Below are positions 1 to 13,865 of a stretch of DNA of 64,000 bases, in pieces. The notes beneath the pieces are model-generated. The model saw only the letters and a program-made list of their open reading frames with translations, did no database searches and was not told the origin of the DNA. The stretch is from contig MU058337.1 of assembly GCA_013265495.1 (NCBI GenBank), positions 2,572,686 to 2,636,685 on the forward strand, written 5' to 3'. This DNA is from Vicugna vicugna. Taxonomy: Eukaryota. Each line of letters starts with the position of its first letter. Position 1 is the first letter of the stretch. Position numbers and translations under genes: made by a program.

Positions 1-1638
1 ATTCCAAGGATACAGCATTTAAGCATAAAATATGAAACAAACATCATCTGATATAGTTTGCAAACGTGATGGATTCAAAAATTGCCCCACCAATGCAGTG
101 GATTTTTAATGTATCTCTTACCAGTGATAAACGTGTTGCTTCTCTCTTCCCCTCAGGCAAGACCAGGTTCATGTGTCTTCACCCCTTCCCCCCAAACTAG
201 AGCCTCCTGTGTTTTATCGGGGAGTGGATGGTATGTCTAATTCCTGGTGTTAACATTTACCAATACTTCCCAGTTGTAAATATAAAATTCTGAAACTAAA
301 CTTGAATATTTATTCAGTAAGAGGCAAAGGTGCCCCTGAGGATTCGCTAGTCTCTGAAGAGGATCCGTGCTAGACAGAGGGGATGGTGTGGGGAAAAAGC
401 AGGGGAGGGCCGTGCCAGGTGAGCTCTGAGAAGAAGGAAGAGGTGGAGGAGGCAGGGCCTAGATTGGAGCCTAGACCCTGAGGACTAGCGACAGAGCCTT
501 GAGGAAAGTTTCTGGGTGAAAGCTAAACTGGCATTAGCAGCCTTTATTCTAAAGACCTAAGACAGTAAACTGCAAAATGAGATACGTAAAAGCCGTCTTT
601 CCATCAGTTCTGCATCGATTCACTGTCCAATAGAAAGATGCAAATACAACACTCGCTTTGTTCTCCCCTTTATTAAATACCAGGAAAGCTTTGGAACCCA
701 GAAGGCCACATCCAACTCCTAGAAGACCCTTGTCCCTACCGCTTTATGCCCAGTTAGGCAGGCAGGTGATACTTTGGAAAGTTAAAAGATTCAGAAAAGA
801 AACTCTTTTTGGAGAAACAAGTAAACAAAGGGGTTTTCTCTCTTCCTGTTTCCCGCGTTACCATCTCATAATTTCTATCACATGAAAGGCATTTCCAGTA
901 GTTTTGGTTCACACATACCAAATCTGTTAGGTTTTACTGAGTTGCCGATACCAAATTTAGAAACATGTGTAAAATGACCTGCATGAATTGAATCTTATGT
1001 AAACACTAAATTTAGATAGTTGTGCAGAACATAAGGTCTTGAGTATATTTGGGTAGGATAAACAGGAACCCCAATCCACCGTTCTCCACTCTGATTTTTG
1101 TGTTTCTTGATAATATTATTTCCTTGGCACACATGTCATCCTGTTTCTCATAGGAAGCAGCTCTATTTTTTCGCTGACGCTCCCGCTCACCAGCAGTCAT
1201 TAATTTACTGATACCCTGTCTATCAGGCCCACATCGTCTTGATTAGGGCTGTTATCCTAATCAAAAGGCTGATAATTAAGACTATCCATCTGTAGAGTTC
1301 TAAGTGCTAAGAAGCTGAAGATCCTAATTAAGATTATTTAGGTGTTACTTAAATGCCATCATTTGGTTCAGCTAATCATACCAGCAGGTACATTAGATTT
1401 GCATTAATGTTCTGCTGAAGCCAGCAGCTCTTTCGGCAGATCAAAAATGTAGATTGCAGACGCCCTTTCAAACATCTTTATTTGAAAACGATACTGAGAC
1501 AATGCGTGAAGATGAGCAGGATGCTAGACCCGCTCCATGATATCAGTGTTTCCTAATTTACTCTATGGTAATAAGTGGGGTATTTAAAATAAACAGCCTA
1601 TTTATTGAATTTGCTGTGTATTTTTTTTTATCACCTTG

Positions 1639-1668
1639 CACACACTCTCTCTCTCTCACACACACACA
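1639..1668. repeat. Compound (CA)n/(CT)n microsatellite
   Basis: Short CA run, then CT run, then CA run read directly. Confidence 0.85.
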
Positions 1669-3049
1669 AAGGCCACAGTGATTCACTTCTTACCCTCACT
1701 TCCCATTTTGTCACAGAAACCTACTGTCAGGTACTGAAAGAGGGCACACTCAGGTTCCTAAACAGCAAAGCTTACGGACACTAGAGGATTTTTGTTCCAA
1801 TTAATGCCTGAGGCTGCATTGAGCACGAGGAAGTAAAAGAATTACTCATTTTGTTTTTAAAAGTCACATTCACATCCAATTATACTCTAATGTAAACAAT
1901 CAAGAAAATTAGTAAAGTATAATTCATTAATACCTTGTTTTCTATTACTTTATCCTTGGTTAATGGAAGATACAAAATATATTACTGTGTTTGAAATATG
2001 ACCGGTATGATGGTCTAGAGTGTGTTCACAGTGTTTATGCTGGACATTGCCTTCAGTTTACCTTTTCCCAAATTTTGATGATGGATAATGCAACTATTTG
2101 TATAGAAAAAGGATTTGTATTTATTTGAAAGAATAATTCTTGTAAAACACTGACAATATTTTGAATTCTCCTGTTTTGGTGTGAAGGGGAAAACATACAC
2201 TGAGTTTTCCGTAAATGTATGACTTCTGAAATTGTATTAAAAGATGTATTTCAGGGAGACCAGGAGAGCAGATAAATCAGATTTAGTATAAGGCATGAGA
2301 AGTGGATTAAAACTCATAAAGTTCCTGCTTTGTGCTCTGTGAACTAAATATTTAACTTGGGTTGTGGCATACACTGTAGCTACTGCAAGTGTTTTCTCCA
2401 GGGGGAGAAGTGTGTGAACGCCTGTTAAATATCTATATTATTTATACATTGAGTCAATTTCCTATTCTTTGAGGGTATAGATATTTTAATGCTTTTTTCC
2501 TGCTGAATATTGGACTTTTCAGGAAATGTATGATTTCCAGAAATCATTATTCATTGTTCATGACTTATATACTAGTGTTGGAGATACAGCATACTTTGTA
2601 TTCATTTCCATCTTAGATATCTAGTGTTCAAAGACACTGGTTTATGCTTCTAATTATAATTTTAAAATACAGCTGGCTTTAGTGTTCATAATAACCATTA
2701 AAAATCTTAGGACATTCATAAGGATTGGACTATTCTCTATACATACCTTAGTAAAACAATTAACGTTATCCTGATGCACCAACGTACTCTTCTCTGCCAG
2801 CAGCTAATAACGGACTTAGGTGGTAAACTTAGAGATAGTGATTAAGGACTAAGGAAGTAAAGGCTAAATTAATATTTTTAGAAGCACTTTGTGGGATAAG
2901 TTTATGATCATGATTGTGAGGCTGATTAGAAGAAGGATGTGTTGTTGGACACGTCCTTATTTATTGTTGCCCAAACTTCTGGAAGCAGCACTGTAATGCA
3001 CACAGACACACACAAGTAAGCAGCTCTGTGAACTTGATGAACTGCACAC

Positions 3050-3355
3050 AGCCTCTAGGTCCAGGAACCGAATGCCAGCAGTAGCCCCGGAGCCCCCTGG
3101 GGATATAACCACATGCGATGGGTCTGTAAGAAGCAGCTGAAAGGAACTGAGTGCGGGTTAGCCATTTTGGGAGTTGGTGGCAGGCGTCAACTTGGATGCC
3201 AGCAGCTGCCTAGTTCAGCCGTCCGTCTACACCGGTGATGGCACCTGGAGCCACTCCTGCCAATAATTCTGTGAGCTTTCTCTTATCACTTAATGTATCC
3301 ACTCCTGCTGAAACTAGCTTCACTGGGTTGTTTCCTGTAGTTAAAGACCCAGGAT
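3050..3355 (+). mobile_element. Old ERVL-class LTR fragment (LTR16/LTR33-like, subfamily uncertain)
   Basis: 3' part ctcctgctgaaactagct...gttgtttcctgtagttaaagaccc resembles the ends of old ERVL LTRs; left boundary approximate. Confidence 0.4.
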
Positions 3356-3557
3356 GAAACGAAGGATTAATCCTCACTATAGAAGTGAAAAGTCAAGGCT
3401 TATCAAATGAGAGCCCCCCCAAAGTAGGAATGTAAAGAGGGAATTCAAGAATAATTTCACAGTAGAAAGTTTTAGATGATAGAGATGTTTGCACAAGTCA
3501 CTGGGAGCTACGAGCAGCCACCAAATAAGGTTACCTTTCAAGCTAATCTTTTAGGAA

Positions 3558-3939
3558 TATTTTGGGTTGAACTGTGTCCTCCAAAATTTATACGTTGAAG
3601 TCCTAACCCTCAGTACCTCAGAATGTGACTATATTTGGGAAAAGAATCCTTAAAGAGGTAATTAAGGTTAAATAAAGTCATGGAGGGGGTACTTAATCTG
3701 AAAAAACTCGTGTCCTTATTAGAAGAGGACAGCAGGGCACAGGCGTGGAAAGAAGAAAGACCAGGTAAAGACAGAGAGAGGACGGCCATCTGCAAGCCAA
3801 ACAGAGAGACCTCAGGGGAATCAGCTCTGCTGACGCCTTCATCTCAGACCTCAGGTCTCCAGACTGTGAGACGGTAAACTTCTGCGGTTAAGTCACCCAG
3901 GCTGTGGCACCGTGTCACAGCGGTCCTGGGAAACTAACA
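3558..3939 (+). mobile_element. MaLR solo LTR, MLT1B-like
   Basis: Collinear with the MLT1A/B consensus: gttgaagtcctaaccctcagtacctcagaatgtgact...ggccatctgcaagcca...ccagactgtgaga...aaactaaca. Confidence 0.9.
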
Positions 3940-5149
3940 GAGAATGGAAGAACGTTTCCAGATTTCCAGGTGAGCACAGGGATTCTGAGAGAGGGAAATA
4001 AGGAGTAGTTATGGAACTACATTGCTCAGTTCAAATTCAGTGGCAGCAAAGATGGAGACCAAATTTCGCCTGATCAAGGAGACCCACTTTATAGGGGAAC
4101 AGTGTTCCCCTCACCAGAGATCAGGCCATAATGCAGATCGCAGAGGGAAAGCTCTTACACGTACAGTCTGAGGGCTTTAGGAATGGGCATTCCATACCCG
4201 GGACATAACAGCCCAGAAGACAAGATCCTAGAACACACGACTTTTTCAGCTTTATCAGCTCCTTTGTTCAAGAGAACAGTGCATAAAGAATACTCTCGAC
4301 AAATATTTTGGTAACATTTTATTGGCTTATTATTTTGAATGTATGTCAGTGTGTGACTCATACTTTGTGGTACATAGTTCAGCGAATTCAGACTTTTAAG
4401 TTGTTCTAGGATCATATTGTATGATTCCGAGTCTAGACTGTTTATATGGTTTTAAACATATTGGTAGCATCTGATTATACAAAACTGATGTCAGAGTAAT
4501 TCTAAAGTAATATACTGTAATTAAATACCAAAAAAGGCTACAAATACAAAGAAAATATAAACACTTAAGTCATTAGGTTAATGTGAAATTAATTTGGAAA
4601 ATTAAATAAAGATTAGAATTGTGTGCATGTTTATTTTTTTCACAGACTCAACACTAACTCAGATTCATTTATGTGGAATAGAAATGTATATGATTTTAAT
4701 TACAATGATAATTCTCACAATTGTGAAGGCTTTTTGGATGAGTCAGGGTTTTGCTTAGCACAGAAACATTTACTTAGAAAAGACATTTTAAATTTTATTC
4801 ACATTGGCTAAAATATACAAGCCAGGGTTTCCTGCACTTGACCTCAGAAAGCTCATCTTTCTGGAATATTTCTTTAGACTTTGCCAAAGTGTTTACTTTC
4901 CTAATTACCTCCTGTTACATTAGCTAAGTTTCCTCGTGCTGGCCTAGGGAGGTCTTCTTGCCCACTGCTATTTGCACATGGAATTTAAATATTTGCAAGA
5001 GCACTTGCCCTGTTCTTTACTCATCAGTTAGCAAAGTCAAACATCATTTAGTCTCCGAACCCACAACCAGCTTGGAGGGAAGGCTGGTCCATCTTTCCTT
5101 TTTTGTTTATCTGTCTTCCAACAGCATTGGTTTTCAATGCCAGGGTCAC

Positions 5150-5395
5150 CGGTGATTCATTCATTCACCATCCATCGAACATCTACATGACAGGCACAAA
5201 ATTTGGCCTGTGAATTTAAGGAGTTTTACTCTAATGGGGAGAGACAGATGTGAGCAAATAATTACAAGGTGATTTGACATGTTCTGGTGTGCACAACATG
5301 TAATGAGCACACGGAGGGGGAAGCGGCAGGCTCCCACTGGGAGAACTGGGGTTGATGTGCTGGAGATAAGAAAAATATCCTGCAGAAAAAAGTAG
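5150..5395 (-). mobile_element. L2 3' end fragment
   Basis: ttcattcattca tail followed by aaggagttttactctaatgggggagagacaga, typical of a reversed L2 3' end. Confidence 0.6.
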
Positions 5396-5404
5396 AATAC
5401 TTAG

Positions 5405-6890
5405 TTTTTCTCTTTGTTTAACAGACTGAGAGACAATCAACTGCACATGTTTAAAATGTACAATGTGATATGTGTGTGTGTGTGCATGTTTATCTGTATA
5501 TATTCTTGAAACCCCACATAATTAAGATAATGTACATATTCACCACCCCCAAAAGATTCTTCATGACTTTTTGTAATTCTTCCCTACTGCTGTCTCTCCC
5601 TGGATCTTCACACCTCCATCCTTTTTCTTGGGGGTTGTGGGGGTGGAGAGTAGGGGTCTGACATATTTTGTGCAAAATAATTATTTGGGGATCTATCTAC
5701 ACTGTAGCACATGTTACTAGTTTATTCTACTAATAAGTAGTTATCATTGTTTATTAATTCATTCTTCTGATGATGAAGATTTGGATTGTTTCAGGGAGGG
5801 TTTGGCTCAGTGGCAGAGTGTGTGCTTAGCCTGTACCAGGTTATGAGTTCAATCCCCAGTACAGCCATTTTAAAAAAAAATTTAAAAATAAATAAAAACC
5901 TAATTACCTCCCCCCACCAAATAAATACATTAAAAAAAAACTCATCTCAAAACAGAACAATCAAGAAAAAAATTTTTTTTTTTAATTTGGATTGTTGTTT
6001 TCAGTTTATGGCTTTTTCAAATAAAAGTGCTATAAGAACTATATGCACAAGAAGTGTGTCTTTGTAATTATATATGTATGTCAGAAAAGTATTGAGGAAC
6101 GAAATAACTAAACCATATGGTAGTATAAACCTTTAAGAACCTACTGACACTTTTTTCAATAGTATTTGTCTGATTTTTCATTTCTACTACCAATATACAA
6201 GAGTTTCATTTCCTCCGTATCTCTGTCAACATTTGGTATGGTCATTTAAAAAAATTTTTTGTCATTTTCAAATAGTGTAGTGATATCACATTGTGGTTTT
6301 AATTTGCATTTTAGTGGAAAATGATGGTTAGTATCTTTTCATGCTGTTGTTTGCCATCCATGTATCTTCTTTGGTGGTGAATCCCTTCAAATCTTTCACT
6401 CATTCTTTGAGTTGTTTGTTTTCTCAGTATTGTTTTGATAGTTCTTTATATATTATGGGTACAAGTCATTCATCAGTTATGTGATTGATACATGGATTCC
6501 CCTAGTCTGTGGCTTCCCTCTGCGTTCTCTCTGCAATATCATTAGAAGTCAGAAGTTTTTAATTTTGACGATGTTCCATCCATCTCTATTCTCCACCTTG
6601 TACTTGGTACGGTATCTAAGAAATGATTGCCTAACTCAAGTTCATGAAAGACTTTTTTCATGTTTTCTTCTAGAAGATTTATAGTTTAGGTTTTATATTT
6701 AGGGTTATAATCTGTTTTGAGTTAATCTGTCTATAAGTATGAGGTATGTGTCAAAGTTCATTTTTTTGGCTAAGGGTATATGATTATTCAAGCACCATTT
6801 AGTTAAAGACTATATTTCCTTCACTCAATTGCCTTTGCATCTTTCTTGAAAATTACTTACCTATAAATGTGTAGGCCTATGTCTGGACAG
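5405..6890 (-). mobile_element. Old L1 (L1M) 3' UTR and ORF2 end, interrupted by a SINE
   Basis: T-rich antisense L1 motifs: gtgatatcacattgtggttttaatttgcatt, ttgccatccatgtatcttctttggtg, gttctttatatattatgggtacaagtc, caagcaccatttagttaaagact. Confidence 0.85.
5794..5984 (+). mobile_element. tRNA-derived SINE, camelid Vic-1-like
   Basis: gggagggtttggctcagtggcagag (A box), gagttcaatcccc (B box), aaataaaaacctaattacctccccc body and A-rich tail; target-site duplication atttggattgtt at 5779-5790 and 5985-5996. Confidence 0.9.
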
Positions 6891-7669
6891 TCTGTACACA
6901 AAAGATAATGTTTGTGTCATTATGTTTAGGACCCCCCTCCAGAAAAAAGAAAAAGTTAGAGTAACCCCATCGACACACCACAGAGACATTCTTGCTGCCC
7001 TGGCTGGTCCAGACAGCACATCATCCTCCGGGCTTCTTGTACACGCTCTTCTCCATCCCTACTTATCTTTCATGTTTCTTCACAGATTACCTCAGAAATC
7101 TGAATTGTTCAGCTGAAAAACGGGTTTTAAATCAGTTGTGCTTGAGTGGGCCCTGCACACTGTGCTCTCAAGGGTTCCGTTAATGCTGATGTCAGCACTC
7201 CACTCGCCACACTTTGAACAGCACGATGCTAGAACATCTAGATTCCCTGTCTTAGTAGGCAGTGCTCATGAAATAATAAAAATGTGTTGTTCACACATGC
7301 TTTATTCTAATACAGTTAGATGGCTATCTCATTAAAATAGTGGGTTAAAAATAAAACAGGAAAACAACATGTGTGTATATCCCTTTACAGAGTTTAATTG
7401 GTCAAATCAGTACTTAAGAACAAAGTTCTTATTTCAGCAGATTTGTTCCAATAAAATCAGTCAGTAGAATACCATAAAATGTGAGGAAACGATTTCTAAC
7501 ATCTTAAGATAATTGAGATTCTGGCCATCAATTTTTTTCTCACGTTAATGATTCCACCTTATGAAGTCATTTATCTGTTTTGTAGTAGACTTTTAATGTG
7601 CTAGAATTCCTAACATATATGAGGTGAATGTTAAAATTATATTAAATAGAATGATATTTTAATATAGCT

Positions 7670-8210
7670 TGAGTAAGAAAATTCCTATCTGATAAGGGGT
7701 TAATATCTGAAATATGCAAGGAACTCAGACAATTAACAGCAAAAACACAAGTAACTCAGTTAAAATAAAAACAAACAGGCAAAAGATCTGAATAGATATT
7801 TTTCCAAAGAAGACGTACAGACTTCCAGCAGGGACATGAAAAGGTGCTCACCATCACTAGTCATCAGGAAAATGCAAATCAAAACCACAATGAGATATCA
7901 CCTCACACCGACTAGGGGGTCTGTTGTCAAAAAGGGAAGAAAAACAAATGGTGGCTAGGACGTGGAGAATAGGGGACCCTTGTGCACTGTGGGTGGGAAT
8001 GTTAACTGGTCCAGCCACTACGGAAATCAGTATGGAAGTTCCTCAAGAAATTAAAGATAGAACTACCATGTGATTCAGCAACCCCACTCCTGGGTATATA
8101 TACAAGGAAGAATGCAATCATTATCTGAAAAGGATATCTCTACTTTCATGTTCATAGCAGTGTTATTCACAATAGCCAAGGTATGCAAACAATTGAAGAG
8201 TCAGTCAATT
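7670..8210 (+). mobile_element. L1 ORF2 C-terminal fragment (degraded)
   Basis: Translates in part to [11 protein letters not shown]...[25 protein letters not shown], the L1 ORF2 Cys-rich region; in-frame stops follow. Confidence 0.92.
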
Positions 8211-9239
8211 ATTTGTTGAAGGGGCGCAAGTCAGGAACTGGAAAGATATCGATGCTGTGGTAACCATATCTGATTAGGCTTTTGGTATATGGAACACACT
8301 GCATGGCTGGGGGTAAGTCCTGTTTAAATCCACAGGAAACATTTGTCCTTGCTAACATAGCCATAAGTGGCCCAGGGGATAATGTGCGTGTCCAATGCAA
8401 GGTACTGTGGGGCGCCGAGGAGAGTATCTATTGCATAGAAACATCCTGCCCATGCTTCTTTAAGTCTCCAATGTTTCATATATCATCAAATATTCTTGGC
8501 AAAAAGTTATTTTAGGTATCAAATTAGAAATGTATATTTGTGCATAATACGTTCACGCTGAAATGCAGCTGTATTTTCAGTGGCTGTACTGGGCGCTCAG
8601 GAAAGTCTTTCCTGATGACTGCAGGGTGACCGAGGACGGGAAGGGTTCTCCTTTTTACTACGGCTTGCTCCCGACCTGGAAGAACGCTGTGCTCCAAACG
8701 CGTGGGGCAGCGTTGGAGCTGTAGCCCCTGCCGGTCAGGTCAGCCCGGCCGTCTCTCAGCCACATCCTGACTTCCCTCACTCACTCTGAAGCCCTGAACG
8801 CCACTTTCCCCAGCTGGGAGACCGTGGGAAGGCAAGAGAGAGCAGAAACTACAAGCTTTTTTCTTGTTCTTGTCTTGTCATTTTTTTTTTTTCTCTTGCA
8901 GATAGAACTTTCCTCTTATGCATTTTTTTTTTTTTCTGTTGCAGTTTGTGTCAAGGGAAAGGAGAGCTTTGGGGTTTCTTGGAGATTTTCACTTCTTATC
9001 ACTTTTCAGATGAAACCCCCTCTGGTACTTCCTGCCATCAATTTTCGGTCTCCGCACGCACTGCCCGCAGCCCCCCTCCTGGGAAACTTCCTGGGTCATC
9101 CGTCTTCCGACCTGCCCTGTGGTTAAGATGTCAGGCCTGTTTGCAGGATGATGCAGAAGGATGAATAGCTTGGAAAAGGAGCCCACAAGCAGGGCTGATA
9201 TATGTTAGACGTGCACTTGAAGGTAGCGTGATGAAGATA

Positions 9240-10200
9240 ACATTCTGCGTTCAGGGAGAAAAGGATAAATTAGTTAACAGATGGCACTGGGCTGATTGGA
9301 TAGCCATGTGGAAAAGGAAAATCAAGTTAAACCCCTACCTCACAACATGCACCCTAATAAAATCCAGACGAATTAAACCACAGAACTACTGAAATGAAAG
9401 AGAGGCGAATAGATGCTGTTGGCATAAAAAAGGTCTACGCCAGCACGTGTGCAAAGACAGAAAGTAAGGGGAAGAGCAGGAAACCTGACTACGAAGCACG
9501 GATTTTCTCCATGGGAAAGAAGTTCAACTACAGACAAATACATAATTTGTAGTATGTACCCAAATATTAATATTTAATTGATAAGCATGTACTCATATCA
9601 ACTAATGGAATGCATCATTAGAAAATTGAGCCTAAGAAATTACAGGCAAAGAAACAGCAAATGCAAGTTAAAGCAAGAGTCAAATTTTATTTTACCTATA
9701 AGATGGGGATCTAAAATGCATTATTCAGTATTTACAAGGCTGGGGGGGAAAAACTCCCTCTCCTATGTATTACCTCAGGGTTGAAATCAGTTATTTATGC
9801 TGAGGAGCCACTTGGAAACATGTATCAAAAGCTTTAAAAATATGTAGGTTTTCTGCCAAATTCCATTTTTAATATTTAGTATTTCTAAGGAAAACTTAGA
9901 AGCAATATACTGTTTAAAATATCTAAGTATTGACATCAATTTACATATTAAATTATAAAGATTTGATTAAATTACAGCATATGAAAGAGGATGCTCTATA
10001 TCCATTTTAATAATTTTGTAGTATATTATTTAAAATCATAGGTAAATAATCACTATTTAGGTATTAAGAAGAGTTAAGGGCCTCCATGAAATTTAAAAAA
10101 AATATAAAATCTTATAAAATATTTATATTTATACATTTTAACTAACTTAGGTTTATTTTTTATTTTCTTTTGAAAAAGATGCACATTTTAAATCAAATAG
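9240..10200 (+). mobile_element. Highly diverged L1 (L1ME-like) fragment
   Basis: attggatagccatgtggaaaag...ccctacctcacaacatgcac...aaatccagacgaattaaa matches L1 ORF2; A-rich decay downstream. Confidence 0.65.
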
Positions 10201-10364
10201 AAATGTTTAAAAAGTATAATGGGTATTTGTACATATCACACAAAGTTGTAACAGGTATCAAAAATCAAACAGATTGACGTGTTACAGATCCTTTCATAAA
10301 CTTCTTTTGATTATTGCTGGCAGGTAATTAGGTGTTTAGACAAGGATAAGCAGGAGAGTAGGCA

Positions 10365-10494
10365 GGGAGGGTACAACTCAGTGGTAGAGCTCCTGTTTAG
10401 CACGCACAAGGTCCCGGGTTCAATCCCCAGCACCTCCATTAAAAAAAATAAATAAATAAACCTGATTACCATTCCCCAAAATAAAAACAAGAAG
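10365..10494 (+). mobile_element. tRNA-derived SINE, camelid Vic-1-like
   Basis: gggagggtacaactcagtggtagagc...gggttcaatccccagcacctccatt-A-rich-cctgattacc; collinear with the copy at 5794. Confidence 0.92.
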
Positions 10495-10534
10495 AGGATA
10501 AGTAGACTCACTGGGAAAATATTTGCTTTTCAAA

Positions 10535-10615
10535 TTTATTCTTCCTTCCAATTTTGTTGAAATATATTTGGCATTCTGTACTGGGTACATTTAAGGTGTA
10601 CAGCATAATGAGTTG
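10535..10615 (-). mobile_element. Short L1 3' terminus
   Basis: ttttgttgaaatatatttg...tacatttaaggtgtacagcataatga is a reversed L1 3' end. Confidence 0.6.
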
Positions 10616-12279
10616 AACTCTTTCTCCTTGGCTGGACTGAACCATGTGTATTCCGTGTTTCTCGCCTCCCGTGTAATTCCACCAGCCATTGAGTCCTGTT
10701 CACCAGCTTTGCAGTAATTAACCTCTACCCCTTTTTTTTTCTCTCTGGTTTTAATTCATAAATATATTTTTAAGTGATTTCCTCAATGTCCTGGTGAACT
10801 GGGAATAATATTCCCAAGCTTTAGGACTGTTTGAGAAGCAGGCATAATCCCCTTGTGCACATCCAGGTAATCTGACCTTTGAAATTCAAAGTCTTAGAAA
10901 TCTGCTGAAACTTTGGCAAGGAACAGGTGAGTTGATTTTTTTCCCAGTTTCCAAGACTCCAAATCTCTAGGATTCTGTATGTACTTTCCTGTTGTATAAT
11001 TCATTATTCAATACATTACAACGGATTTTCCTCTAAAAGGCAATTTCTACCAGCCGTCTTTGATGCAGCGAATAATTATCTAAAAGTGGGGTGACTGAGA
11101 AGTTATGAGACCTGTTTTGACTCACCCACTTCCTTAAGACTCTGTTCCTCTTCCTACCTGCGTCCCCTTCAGTTCAATGCATAACGATTACCACTGTGTG
11201 TAAAGCCTCACTAATTTGCCATCCTAAATGATTATCTCTTTCAACTGTTAGCAACGGAGAACTAATTAGAGACTTTGGACTTTTGGTCTTTCTCTTCTTT
11301 CATCCTACTAGTCTCTGCGAAGTATAGTGACTTGCAAAGATTTATTTTTCCACTAAGATTGATCGGTTTGGTTGTCAGAATATATTACTTGTTGTCTCCA
11401 TTTTATTAGAAATTAAAAAATGATAACCACCTAGTACACAGTATCTACTAATCATTAGGCATAACAATCGCTAAATAGAAGTTTTCTGTTGCTGTTGTTA
11501 TTTAGTTAAATGATTCTCATTTGTCGGCCATCATCCCGGAAGACCAAATCCAGAGGTTCCCAAGGAAACTGTCTTCTTTCGTAGGAGCAGTGGTCATCGT
11601 CCTAAAGATACATCGTTTCTGATGTGGCAGGGGTGTGCGCACACAGGGCTGTGCTCCTGTATGTGACAGAGACTGACTGTTACAGGTTTGCTACCGGAAA
11701 AGTCTTTACAGGGTTTTATGGGTTCTCAAAATTAAACCAAAACTAACAAGGACAAGGGATGACATGAGAGTAGAAAGTTGCAGGGTCACGGAAGCCTTCA
11801 AACTCCACATCAGGTAGAAAGGAAAGAGCTCTTTGTCCATTTTAGATTGACTGTCTTTTTTTTAGTATCAGAAAATCTCTTAAAAATGAAGAGGATATGA
11901 TTTGATGACTATAATTAAATTTGCTTTTTTATGTAACGTATTTAGAATGCAGAATGGGATCTCCAAGTTCATCAGACCAAGTTCACGGTCTTTAAAAGAG
12001 CCATAGGTAATCTTGCCAGGGCACAGGAACACCTGCCTTATTCATATTTTGGAAGATTAAGCTATTCCACCGCTCCTTCAGGAAGGTATTTATATCTTTG
12101 CTGAACTAGAAATCATGCCTTAAGCTTATCTAAATCTCCCTTGCTGCACTTCAATAGATTGATAACTAGTTCTATTTGGTTTGGGATTTATGTGTATTCC
12201 ATTTGATTCAAGGAAGTTAAAAGTGCTTATGACTATTTATCACATCCTAAGAACCTCCTGGTATCCAGAATTTGAAATC

Positions 12280-12480
12280 AGAATACATAAATTCATGCCC
12301 CAGCTTCATCCTGCATTCACTGTATAACGTTCAGCAAGTCACATCTCCTCTCTAAGCCTTCATTTCTCCTTCTGTACAAGTAGAGTCTATTTTATATGTA
12401 GTCATGAAGAATCAAACACGTTAATTCCTATGAAGGACCTTGTCCATTAAAATGAGATGCCACGTAAATATTAGTCACTT
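12280..12480 (+). mobile_element. MIR SINE
   Basis: Core-like gcaagtcacatctcctctctaagccttcatttctccttctgtacaa. Confidence 0.7.
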
Positions 12481-12839
12481 TTAATACAGTAAACACGTTC
12501 AGTCAACATGATGTCTTGGATCTTTCTTTTTAATAATTAAAAAAAATAAACAACACTGTACCAGATTGCTTTGTCATGTCAGATTTTCTTTCTGCAAAGC
12601 TATTTTCCCTCCCAATTTATATCAGCAATACGTTGTCCTGGTCTCAAAACATGGAATGATTTTTTAACTTCTCTCTCTTTCCTTTTTAGCCTGTGTGTCC
12701 ATAATGATGAAATCTATTCATCTGTCCTTAAAATAGCTCCCTTATCCATCCCCCACCTCCATCTTTGGCCTTTTATGTTTCCTGTATCTTCAGCTTTGGC
12801 CAAGGAGGGAGAGCTATGTCAGATCTATGTGGGGATTCT

Positions 12840-12920
12840 GGATCTGCTGGTTCCTATCCATGTGACCCCTTAAATTTCAATGTTCTCACCTGTAAAATGG
12901 GACTAATAAAAGCACCACAG
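12840..12920 (+). mobile_element. MIR core fragment
   Basis: ttctcacctgtaaaatgggactaataa. Confidence 0.6.
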
Positions 12921-13865
12921 TAGCTTAAAACTTTCATTATAAACTTCCTGTGTTCAAAATCTTCAATTTTTCACTAAGTAAAGTTTAAACTTCTCAGACA
13001 GAACTTTGAGACCAGTCTCCCATGTCCCATCTAATTTTATCTCTGAATTCTTCTCCAATCATGGTGGCCATCCACTAGAGTTTGCTGCCTTGACACTAGA
13101 GGCACAAAACTGACATTCCAACAGCACCTCTTAAAATAGGGTAGAAATCCTTGATCCCTTGGTTTTGAAAGGGGATAAGAAAGGTTTTCTGCATAGGTCA
13201 CACAATTAATTTTTAGGGAAAATGTGCCCATCTATGTCACAGACTATTGGAAGATTCCAAAACTACTTGCTTGCATGATACCATTACTAACTGGCATAGA
13301 CTTTGGCTCATCAGGTAACTGGCTAAAATACATTTTCCACCAACCTCTATCCTCTCTAGACAAGAGTGACTGACTCCAAGTGGAGGGATGGAATCTTTTT
13401 CATCCACTGTATTCTCCCCATCAGTGAGATGCATAATCAAAATAAAATACGTAATTTTCATTCATCCATTGGATTTATTCACGTAAAGGTCAGGTACCAG
13501 ATGATGACAAATCTTACTTTTTACATTCTACTGATGCCATCAGGCTTCAAAATATCCAAAATGTTTTTATTTGACAAGCGTTTCTCATGACCAATCATAC
13601 ATAACCATGAAAATGTATGAGGAATAGTGTAAAAAATTGTTTCTCTTCTATAAAACATGCCTATTTCACACTGTACATAGCAGTGTCTAGCAAACAGCTC
13701 TAAATACAAACTCCTTAATGACTGAATTAAAACATACTGTATTTTTTTTCTAAATGAATTCCCACCTAATTAATCACATTGAAACTATCAGTATTTGGAT
13801 GATAGGATTCATTGTGATTTACTTTTGAGCAAAGAGCTAGGTTCTGAGCACTCAGGTAAGAATCC

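Noticed and set aside
5405..8210. Oppositely oriented L1 ORF2-end fragments as a dsRNA-forming pair
   Set aside because: Independent, heavily diverged insertions; a common arrangement in mammalian genomes.
5794..10494. tRNA-like A and B boxes at 5794 and 10365 as tRNA genes
   Set aside because: Both continue into a shared non-tRNA body and A-rich tail, one with a clear target-site duplication, so they are SINEs.
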